Assembly (NCBI RefSeq): GCF_009914755.1
Contig: NC_060927.1
Reading direction: 5' to 3' (one strand)
Origin: the human T2T-CHM13v2.0 reference genome, Homo sapiens
DNA length: 64,000 bases
Below are positions 15,502 to 27,233 of the stretch, one piece after another; position 1 is the stretch's first letter; every line of letters begins with the position of its first letter. The position numbers and the translations under genes are program-made. Below the pieces are notes generated by a model. It was given only the letters and a program-made list of their open reading frames with translations, was not told the DNA's origin and searched no databases.

Positions 15502-16671
15502 AAGAATAGTTGCTGAATTTTGACAACTGTCTCTTCAGCATTTATGGAGATAATCTTATTAGTTTTCTTAGTTAATTATTAATAATATTTCAGGATAAAT
15601 TATATTAAAAGATTTCCTACTATTGAACCATTCTTGAATTTTTGAATCAATCTTACTTGGTCATGATAAGTTATTCTTTCAATATGTTGCTAGATTCTAT
15701 TTGTTAATATATAATTTGGGGATTTGCAGCACCATAAGTGAGATGGGTCTATAGTTTTTTGTTTTGTGTGTAGGCGTATGTGTGCTTCCTTTATAATTTT
15801 TTATAATGTTTCTAATCATTAGTTTCTGCCTTTAACTTCACCTACTCCTTCACTGAGCTTTCCTATATTGCCATTTTTCTAAATTTCAGGGTCAAATGTC
15901 TATTCATTGGTTGTCTTTTATCATTTTTATTGCTATAAACATTTAAAGATATGAATTTTCCTCTGAGTACTGCCTTAGCTACATCCCCATAACCTTTTAT
16001 TTAGTACTTAAAATATTTTTATTCCCTAGGAATCTTGCAATTTCTGTTTTGCATTATGATCAGAAAATATTGTCTATAGTGTTCATTTTTGGAACTTTAT
16101 TGAAGTTTTCTTTATAGTCAGTTTCTGTGAGTGTTACACAAGCATTTGAAAAGAATAAATTTTCTCTATTTTGGGGGCAGAGTATTAAAAATATATCAAT
16201 CAGATCTACCTCATTAATAGTGTTATTTAGAACTTCTATATTCTTATATTTTTTTGTCCACTGGGTCTACCATGGTGAGTTCATCTTTCCCAGTAATAGT
16301 GTTTCTATTTCTCTAGTTTTTATGTTGTTGTTCTATGGTATTTGATAAATAAATATTTATAAATATTATATCATTTTAGTTTATTATTTTCCTGACCTAA
16401 GCTTATCTAGGTTTCAGCCACCATTTTAGTTTCATAAAATGTTTTCCTTTGTCTTTTTAAATGCTTTTTGGCAGTAACTTTACCTTGTTTCTTATTTAAA
16501 ATTACAATTCTTGCTTTCTTTTTGTTTGCATTTATTTGGCTTTTCTTTACCACTTCTATTTTTTTTTCCCCTGTGAATGATCTTGTTGAAAGTAAGCTCT
16601 TTGTAATAGAACATAGAATAAGGCTTTACTTTTTGGTATTCAATTTGAAATTCTTTGTAAAAAGGAGAATT

Positions 16672-16878
16672 AAGTGAGACTCTGTCTCTACAAAATAAAA
16701 AATAAAATAATTAGTTAGGCATGGTGGTGTGCACTTATAGTCCCAGCTACTCAGGAGGCTGAGGTGAGAGGATTGCTTGAGCCCTGGGAAGTCAAGGCTG
16801 CAGTGAGCTGTGAGCTCACCACTGCACTCCAGCCTGGGTGACACAGCGAGACTGTCACAAAACAAAACAAAAATAATT
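16672..16878 (+). mobile_element. 5'-truncated AluJ (linker plus right arm)
   Basis: GTGAGACTCTGTCTCTAC...TCCCAGCTACTCAGGAGGCTGAGGTGAGAGGATTGCTTGAGCC, ending in a (AAAAC)n tail. Confidence 0.85.
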
Positions 16879-18427
16879 AAACCCATAAAAAAATTTTAAT
16901 GTTTTTGGTCTATGTGGTATTTTTTTGGAATAAATCTTTCAGTATATGGGCTATTTTTGTGTTTTGTTTTGTTTTGTTTTTGCTTTTTTTCCTCTCTGTA
17001 ATTCTTTCGATGTTTAGGAAGGTATGGATTTTTGTTCTGATAGTTAGTTTTAATTTCTATGATACTCTTAATTCTTTATTTCTTTGAGCAGTATCTATTT
17101 AATAATAAATAATGAGCTATGATAAGATTAAAACTCTCTCTCTCTCCCTCCTTTTTTCCATCCCACACCTAACTTTAGGCAATAACGCCATCTTTTATGT
17201 TTAACAGTGTGCCATGAAATAATAAACTTTATATTCTTTAAATGATATCTTTTGACACTTAGCTACTTCAGATGTGACAATCAACAACTTATATTGCTCC
17301 TTCCTTCTTTTCCTCTTTTACCTTTCCATATTTTAGATACCTTACCTGTCTACATTGTCTAAGTAATAGTTACATTCTATTGTGTTCCCATAATCCACAT
17401 TTGTTTGGTCTTAATTTTATAGTGAAATATATTCATCACTCACCTACAGTTCTTTTACTATTGTTCCCCAGGCATTTCTTGTTGAGCTAAAATTTGTGTT
17501 TTGATAGCGTTTGCAAGAAGATCTCATGTATAGAGCATTCTCTGAGATTTTCCTTGTTTACCACTATTTGTATGAAGCCTTTACAGTAGAAAGTCAGTTT
17601 GGTTGGATATAAAATACTTATCTCACACTTTTTTTTCCCGTAAGAATGGCTGTAGGAATTGCTCCATTATTTTTTGGCCTTCAATGTTGTTATGGAGACA
17701 TCTGAAGGCCAGCCTGATCTTCCACTTATAAACAACTTCATACTTTTGCTAAGCTATCCAAAGGATTCTTCCTTTATCTTTAAAATCCAATTTCTTTCTC
17801 AAGGCTAACCATTCAGTATAAGCTTTCCCTAATATACAGCATGTCATTTCTGTATGTAGATTCATGTTTTCTTATATTTCCATGAAATTTTCTTGAATTA
17901 TATCTTCAAATATTTTCTATATTCTCATTATCTTGGTTTCCTTCTTTGAAGACAATCATGCATATATCAAATGGCCTTAGCCTGTCCTCAATATCTCATT
18001 TTCTAGCTAATATTTTAACTCTTCCATTATTTCCATTTTATTTTGTTTGCTTTTATAGTTTCTATTCTCTACTTCCCTTAGTTTTTTTTTTTTTTCTGGT
18101 AGTTATTCTCCATTTCATCCTTTCCAATTTTATCTTTATTTCGTTGCTGATTTTATCAGTTTTGTGTAATTCTTCCCAGAATTCCTCCAGCTTCTGTGTC
18201 ATCCCCTCCTGTGTTATCATCTTTGAGTTCCTGCATTTTTGTGTTGTGATCTTTCATCAGTGAGGAGGATTGCTTCTTATGCTCTTAAAGTTGGTGAAAT
18301 CAATGGTTACAATTTTTGTCTGCTCCATAGTAACATTTTTTTTCTGATGAGTGTTCTTTGTTCTGTGGTAAGTGTTGCTATTCTTTTTACATTAAAAAAA
18401 TTTACTGTACTGATGCTGGGCCAGTTG

Positions 18428-18530
18428 TTTCTCTTCTTCCTCCTCTTCCTTTTCCTCCTCTTTTTTGCCTCATCTTTCTCCTTTTTCTTCTTTTCCTCCT
18501 CCTTCCTCTTCCTCCCCTTCCCTCTTCTCA
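18428..18530 (+). repeat. TC-rich low-complexity tract (TTC/TCC)
   Basis: Almost pure pyrimidine run. Confidence 0.85.
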
Positions 18531-19222
18531 CTCATCATTGAACTTCTTGATTTCCTAGGTTACTAACTTTGCAGGAGCTTTAAGTATGTGCATATGGATA
18601 GGACACACATACAGGGGAACAAGCTGAGCTAGCCTTCCTTCATAACCCACAGACTTCCTCCTTTTCTGCTGTCATGACAGTCTCTTCAATTTAATATGGC
18701 CGTGAGATTCCTTGTGTGGTTACCATCTCTTTTGCTTCAAGCAACAACCCTGAGTCCTGCAGGGCTTCTGCCTCCAGTTTTGTCCAACTTCAGTCCTGTA
18801 TCCATTGTTGCCACAAGAGACAGAGCATCTGCACTTAAGGAGAGGCCTTCACTTGAGTCGCTGTGATTTCTGGAGTCTGCTAATGCTGAGACCTCTCACA
18901 GCTCTCTGTCCTTTTGCCCCTGCATCCTCAGGGCAGCTTCTGCATCACCTGCTCCTTTGAGGGAGTCTTTACTTGTATTTGGTAGTCTGCAGGCTATACC
19001 TGCCTTCAAGTTTTGATGATAATGGAGTTTGTGGCTTTTTAAAAAATAATCTTTGCTGCTTTTTATTATTTCTCTGAGAAAGGAAAAAAGGCTGATTTGA
19101 TAGAGCCGTGTTCATGCCAGGAGTCTGTGTGTTCTCTGTGGTTGCAGTCACCCTTTACCGCTTCACAGAGTGGTCATCATAAGTACATTGCTGTTCCTTA
19201 TTGTAAATGTGGCCTTTGGGGC

Positions 19223-19516
<294 letters not shown>

Positions 19517-20844
19517 GAACTATTTTAAAAATTATGTGAACACATTGCTTCTATAATTTAAAAGAAATAATTGAATAGAGACAAAAAGAAAAACATAATC
19601 TCACTGATAATAAAGACATTTGAGATACTTGTATGGTTTATATGCATTCATTGGTAATAACTATTTTAATGTATTGGATTAGTATTATATAAATTTGTAT
19701 TACATAACAATACATTTTTAAATCTTTTTTTGTAGTTAAGGTATCAACATCATTTTTTATAGCAGCACAATATTACATTAATCAACTATGATTAAACAAT
19801 ACCCCATTTTTAAGGCAGGTAAGTGGTTTCTTATTCTATTATAGACAATACTATAATAAATATTCTTACAGCTAAATATTTTATGCTCATGCTTATTTCC
19901 CTAAGTAAAATTCTTAACATTAGAATTTGCATTCCATTCCCTGAAAGAAAACAAGAAAAAAAAAGAATTTGCAAAGGGTTTGAAAATTTTTGATTAAATG
20001 ATATTTTCATTTTAATTCACATTTTAAAGAGCAAGTATGTCAAATAAATTTTAATTATTCCAGTGAATTTGTATTAGGCCCTGTACTCCTTAACTTCAAA
20101 CATTTCTCCTTAAATATGTGATTACTAAAGATCTACCATAGAAAAAAAAGTCCATGTTTATTTGACCACTTAGAATATTTTGTAATAACTAGGCTATTAC
20201 GTGATGAGGGGTCAACTCCTCACCAGCTCATGTAACAGGAAATGGTATATGTGCATAATCATGATGGAATGAAGTGGTCATACAATTAAGGGACCCCATA
20301 CTCTCTAAATGAGCTGAGGATTTAATGTTCTCTTTTTAGAATAGCACGTTATGCTCAGTTCTTGCTGCCAACTTCAGTCTATGCTGAGAGGCAGAGAGAC
20401 AGAAAGACTGAGACAGAGAATGATTGACTAGTACTTAAAAATAGTGGCAAACTTATATTCACCTTTGGAATGTGTGTGCGTTTAAATAGATCATTTACCA
20501 CCCTAAATAATTTTATTTAACTTATCTTAAAAGTGGCTTGTTTTCCAATGTGTAGCTTATTAAATAGCGTGAGGGGTTGCTGAATAGCACTGGGGAACCT
20601 GGCCTGGGATGAGAGGTTGAGTCCAAAGTTGACTTCAAACAGAGAGACTCCATATATATTTTAAATCTGCTTATTTCATATAAGATTTTAAATACTTATC
20701 TTTATTATAAAAGTAATACAGGCGAAGACAATGTTTTAAAATTATAGATATTCTTGGAGTTTAAATACTGTATGTCCCCAAAACACAACCATGAAAAAAT
20801 GTTTTAATGGGTAAGATATATTTACACTACTGAAATTCAGCATT

Positions 20845-21176
<332 letters not shown>

Positions 21177-21789
21177 TCAATGAAGGGAAGGCTGCAAATG
21201 CATGCATTGTAAGGAGGTCAGGGGCCACATCACCTGGTTTGGGCCTGCTAATGTGGTCATGTTTCTCATTTTAAGAGACATGTATCACTTCCTGCTGATG
21301 GGACATCCACTCCAGCCTTGAGGAGCGACCTCTTCCCCTGCCTTGCTCTTTAGCTTCCATAGGTCTTCCTTTCCTACCAGGTTATGATTTTAGAAACAGG
21401 TGATCACATGCCAATCATCCTTTTGAAACATCTGCATTGTTTGAATGTTTCACATGTTAATACCTCCTGACATACCATCTTCCACCCTACATGCTTTTTG
21501 TAAAGATTCCTCTGACAGCTTCAAAAACAGCATTTGATGTGGCGTTTTTATAGTGTCTTCTTTATCCCTCCTTCTCCTCCTCTTTCAACCGGCATCCTCC
21601 CACAGGGATGTAACTGAGGATTCTCTTGAGAGAAACAGTTTCCCAGGTTCTCTTTTTCTTGGCAAATCAAGTGCTTTTGTAAAGGATCTGTGTCTAGGGT
21701 AAGCCACAGCCTAGGAAGAATGGGAAGAGGCAGGACCTGAGCAGAAAAGAATTCCAATCTGGCATCCTCCCCTTCTTTGCCCCTCCATG

Positions 21790-22450
21790 CAGTTGATGCT
21801 TATTGAGCTTCCACAACATTTAAGGCCTTGCTAACCCATTATGTTTATGTGATGAAGAAGGTGGACACATCCCATCCAGTGGGGGAGACAGTGTAAACAA
21901 ATAACAAATAAATCAGTAGTGATAACTGCTAGGAAGAAAAATGAAGTAAGGTAACAGTTCAGAGGGGTGTGTGTGTGTTTCTTTTTCACCTGGGGTGTTC
22001 AGGGAAGTTCTCCCCACACAGGGGACTTCTGAGCAGGAAACCAAATTCAGTGAGAAACAATGTGGAAGAAGAGCGATCCAGGCAGAGGGCACAACACAAG
22101 CAAAGAACCGAGGTGGGATCAAGCTTGGCTTGTTCTGGAAACTCCAAGGAGAAGGAGGCTGGAGCACAGCAGGCAAGGGAGAGAGGGAGGGACAGGGAGG
22201 CTGCAGGGGTAGCCAAGGATCTTGGGTGCTCTGGTAAGGAGTCTGCATTTGAATTTGAAACAGAAGCCATTGGAGGATTTTGAGCAGGGAATTCTCAGGG
22301 TCTGATTTTTGTTTTTGAAAAGATGGCTCTGGTCACTGTGGGAAGAAAGATGTATTTGAAGGGGACAAAAGGAGGAGGGATGACCCAGTAGGAGTCAGTC
22401 GCAGAAGTATAGGGATAAAATGATAAAGGTCTGGGCCAGGCAGCAGTGGT
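21790..22450 (-). mobile_element. L2 LINE fragment
   Basis: GAAGCCATTGGAGGATTTTGAGCAGGG and GGAGACAG...AAACAAATAA are reverse L2 motifs. Confidence 0.7.
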
Positions 22451-22559
22451 GGGGGGATGGAGGGAAGGGTTCCCTGTGGCTTTGCACGCCCAGGCAGAGT
22501 GAGAGCCAGAGCAGTACCTGGGTGCTGAAAGGCTGCTGTGTTTGCCAGATGAAGGTAAT

Positions 22560-22765
22560 AAATAACGCTTATTGAATACTTAGCTGCATTATCCCATTTC
22601 ATCCTCCGTATGTTCGTGTGAAGTCAGTTCTTTGTTATCCATCCTTTGCGGTTGAGAAAAGGGTGTTTGGAGAGGTTAGGTAACTTGACCAACATCATGC
22701 AGCTAGGATGAGGGTAAGCCACAATTTGAACCTAGGTTTGTGTGACCCCAAAGTCCATACTTCTG
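22560..22765 (-). mobile_element. MIR SINE
   Basis: GAGAGGTTAGGTAACTTGACCAAC...ATTTGAACCTAGG is the reverse MIR core. Confidence 0.7.
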
Positions 22766-23096
22766 TAGGCTCTACACCTGTAAGAGAAGCTTTGTGCTTA
22801 CAAAAAGTCCTCCATGGCTATGGGCATCAGAATCCTCCCAGAAGCTGATTAGAAATATAGATGTCCCTCTGCCTCACACCCCAACTTGGACTTCCTGAAT
22901 CAGGACCTCTCAGGGTTTGAGAAACACTTCTGTAGGGGATCAAGGATTTTAAATGTCCTTCACATTTCACTCTAATGTCTGCTCCCTCCACTCTAGCCCA
23001 CACCCCACTAGCTAAACTGTTACAAAAACTATGAAAAGCTGTATTCTTATTGCTTTGAATAAGTAATATATTCACATAGCTCAAAAATCAAAATGA

Positions 23097-23400
23097 GGCC
23101 GGGCATGGTGGCTCACGCCTGTAATCCCAGCACTTTGGGAGGCCGAGGCGGGCAGATCACGAGGTCAGGAGTTCGAGGCCAGCCTGACCAACATGGTGAA
23201 ACCCCGTCTCTACTAAAAATACAAAAATTAGCCAGGCATGGTGGCACATGCTTGTAATCCCAGCTACTCAGGAGGCTGACGCAGGAGAATTGCTTGAACC
23301 CAGGAGGCAGAAGGTTGCAGTGAGCTGAGATCACGCCACTGCATTCCAGCCTGGGTGACAGAGCGAGACTGCAACTCAAAACAAAGCAAAACAAAACAGA
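23097..23400 (+). mobile_element. AluSg-like SINE
   Basis: GGCCGGGCATGG...GATCACGAGGTCAGGAGTTCGAG, ending in an (AAAAC)n tail. Confidence 0.9.
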
Positions 23401-23818
23401 AGATTTACAATGATATACATTGTAAAATGTCTCTCTCACTCCTGTCTCCATCTCCTCTGTTCCCCCAATCTCTGAACATGGAATAACTATTAGCAGTTTC
23501 TTGCATATCTTCCATTATTTCTTTAAGCAAATACACAAATGTGTTCTTATTTTTCCCCCTTCTCACACAAAAGTAGCATCCCATATACTCTGTTATGTAC
23601 CCTGCTTCTAAAACAATTAATATATCCTAGAGATATTTTCACCTCTATATATAGAAAGCCTCCTCATTTTTCAAAAACGGCTGCATAATATTGTATTGTG
23701 TGGATGTATCAGTTTCTTTAACCAATCATATACTGATAGTCAGCTGGGTTGTTTCCAGTCTTCTGCTCTTGAAGATAGTGCAGTGATGAGTAACTGCATA
23801 TGCATGTCATTCAGTAAC

Positions 23819-26064
23819 TGATATCACCCAGATCTCAATTTGAATTGTAATAATCTCCATATGTCAAGGGTGGGACCAGGTGGAGGTAATCAGATCATGG
23901 GGGTAGTTTCCCCCCATGCTGTTCTCATGATAGTGGATGAGTCTCGCAAGATCTGATGGTTTTGTAAGCATCTGGCATTTCCCCTGCTTGCACTCATTCT
24001 CTCTCCTGCCACCCTGTGAAGAAATGACTTCTGCCATGATTGTAAGTTCCCTGAGGCCTTCCTAGCCATGTGGAACTGTAAGTCAATTAAAACTCTTTTC
24101 TTTAAAAATTACCCAGTCTTGGGTATTTCTTCATAGCAGTGTGAGAACAGACTAATACAGTAAATCGGTACCAGGAGTTGGGTGCTGCTATAAGGATACC
24201 CAAAAATGTGAAAGTAACTTTGGAACTGGGTAACAGGCAGCGGTTGGAACAATTTGGAGGGCTCAGAAGAAGAAAGGAAAAATGTAGGAAAGTTTGGAAC
24301 TTCCTAGAGACTTGTTGATTGGCTTTGACCAAAATGTTGATAGTGTTATGGACAACGAAGTCTAGGCCGAGGTGGTCTCAGATGGAGATGAGGAACTTGT
24401 TCAGAACCGGAGTAAAGGTCACTCTTGCTATGCTTTTGCAAAGAGACTGGCAGCATTGTGCCCCTGACCTAGATCTCTGTTGAACTTTGAACTTGAGAGA
24501 GACGATTGAGGGTATCTGGCAGAAGAAATTTCTAAGTGGCAGAGCATTTAAGAGGAAGCAGAGCATAAAGTTTGGAAAATTTGCAGCCTGACAATGTGAC
24601 AGAAAGGAAAAACCAATTTTCTGAGGAGAAACTCAAGCCAGCTGCAGACATTTGTATAAGTAACAAAGAGCTGAATGTTGATAGCCAAGACAATGGGGAA
24701 ATATCTCCAGGGCATGTCACAGACCTTCACAGCAGCCCATCTCATCACAGTCCCAGAGGCCAAGGAGGGAAAAATTGTTCTGTGGGCCAGGCCCGGGGAC
24801 CCCCTGCTCTATGCAATCTCAGGACATGGTGCCCTATGTCCCAGCTGCTTCAGCTCCAGCCATGGCTAAATGGGGCCAACATACAGCTTGGGACTGTTGC
24901 TTCAGAGGGTTCAAGCCCCAACACTCGACAGTTTACATGTGGTTTTAGGTCTGTGGGTCCACAGAATTCAAGAACTGAAGTTTGGGAACCTCTGCCTGGA
25001 TTTCAGAGGACGTATAGAGATGCCTGCATGTCCAGGCAGAAGTTTGCTGCAGGGGCAGAGCCTTCATAGAGAACCTCTGCTAGGGCAGTGTGGAAGAGAA
25101 ATGTAGGATGGGAGCCCCCACACAGAGTCCCACTGGGGCACTGCCTAGTGGAGTTGTCAGAAGAGGGCCACTGTCCTCCAGACTCCAGAATGGTAGATCC
25201 ACTGACAGCTTGCACTGTGCCCCTGGAAAAGCTGCAGACACTCAATGGCAGCCCATGAAAGCAGCCAGGAGGGGGGCTATACCCTGCAAAACCACAGGGG
25301 TGGAGCTGCCCAAGGCTGTGGGACCCCACCTCTTGCATCAGCAAGACCAGGTTGTGAGATATGGAGTCAAAGGAGATCATTTTGGAACTTTAAGGTTTAA
25401 TGACTGCTCTACTGCATTTCAAACTTGCCTGGGGCCTGTAACCCCTTTGTTTTGGCCAATTTCTCTCATTTGGAATGCATATATTTACCTAATGCCTGTA
25501 CCCCCACTGTATCTAGGAAGTAACTAACTTGCTTTTGATTTTACAGGCTCATAGGCATAAGGGACTTGCCTTGTCTCAGATGAGACTTTGGACTTGAACT
25601 TTTGGGTTAATGCTGGAATGAGTTAAGACTTTGGGGGAATGTTGGAAAGGCATGACTGCATTTTGAAATGTGAAGACATGCGATTTTGGAGGGGCCAGGG
25701 GCAGAATAATATGGTTTGGCTCTTATGTCCCCACCCAAATCTCACTTTGAATTATAATAATCCCCACCTGTCAAGGACAGGACCAGGTGGAGGTAATTAG
25801 ATTATGGGGGTGGTTCCCCCATGCAGTTCTCGTGATAATGAGTGAATCCCACAAGATCTGATGGTTTTATAAGCATCTGGCATTTCCCCTGCTTGCACAC
25901 ATTCTCTCTCCTGCTGCCCTGTGAAGAGGTGCCTTCTGCTATGATTCTAAGTTTCCTGAGGTCTCCCCAGACATGTGGAACTGTGAATCAATTAAACCTC
26001 TTTTCTTTACGAATTAACCAGTCTTGGGCATTTCTTCATGGCAGCATGAGAACAGACTAATACA
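23819..26064 (+). mobile_element. Full-length THE1 (C/D-type) MaLR element: 5' LTR 23819-24159, internal 24160-25706, 3' LTR 25707-26064
   Basis: Two homologous LTRs, both ending GAGAACAGACTAATACA. Polypurine tract GGAGGGGCCAGGGGCAGAA before the 3' LTR. Exact 5-bp TSD GTAAC at 23814-23818 and 26065-26069. Inserted in an old reverse L1. Confidence 0.93.
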
Positions 26065-26849
26065 GTAACTGTAAGATAAATTTCCAGAAGAGGAATTGCT
26101 GGGTTAAATGTGAAAGCATTTGCCATTTTCCTCCTTTTGAGTGAACCATTTTGCTTCCTCATCAGCAACATCTCAGCCTTTTAGCTGGTATTCCTTTCAC
26201 AGTAGATATTTACCCAGATAGACTCAACACCTCCTTTACTATCCTGACATGAAATTCTGAGACAATATAACCTAATCAAAGTCAGAATTTTAAAAAGACA
26301 GTATGATGCCTTATTTGGCAACAGCAAAGAGAAGTAAAATAAAAGTAATTTATAATAAAATAAGAAGTATTTAAATGAAATGCTCGCACAAGATGTAACT
26401 ACAAGATCTAATGACATTATTAGCTGTTTGTGCTTATGTGCAGACTAACTGTGAATGCCACACCCCAAATGCAGACTGATACAGGTGTGTGTGTTGGTAA
26501 CTCAGGATCTGTGAGCACAGTTGCTGTTGGAGATTTTCCAAAATGAAAAACAACAACAACAAATCAAACAAACCTCAAGCAACCAAACAACTTCTTGGTA
26601 AGGTTCTGAACAAAACAGAAGACAACCATGCCTTTATTTATATTGTAATTGCATTCCTGGAAAATATGGTGTTTATTAAAGCCATGCAAAAACTCCTCTT
26701 AATTTATGTACAAAATGGCTTTTAATGCTAGATTCAGATGCTTATAAGTGGGGTTTTTCTCTTACCTGAATGTTCAGTGGGGTACTTGAAAGTCCTTGTA
26801 TGGGCCTGTTCTGCCCCTATCAACTAAATGCCAGTAGGACCCCAAGTCA

Positions 26850-27233
<384 letters not shown>

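Larger units (their letters stand above)
14190..18350 (-). mobile_element. Old L1M ORF2-derived sequence, interrupted by the 14951-15501 insert and an Alu
   Basis: Reverse L1 motifs: CATCTTCAAATAATGATAGTTTTATC, GGCATCCTTATCTTG, ATTTTCCTCTGAGTACTGCCTTAGCTACATCCC. Confidence 0.65.

Noticed and set aside
24572-25527. 165-aa and 145-aa ORFs
   Set aside because: Remnants of the THE1 internal region, broken by stops and frameshifts; not a host gene.
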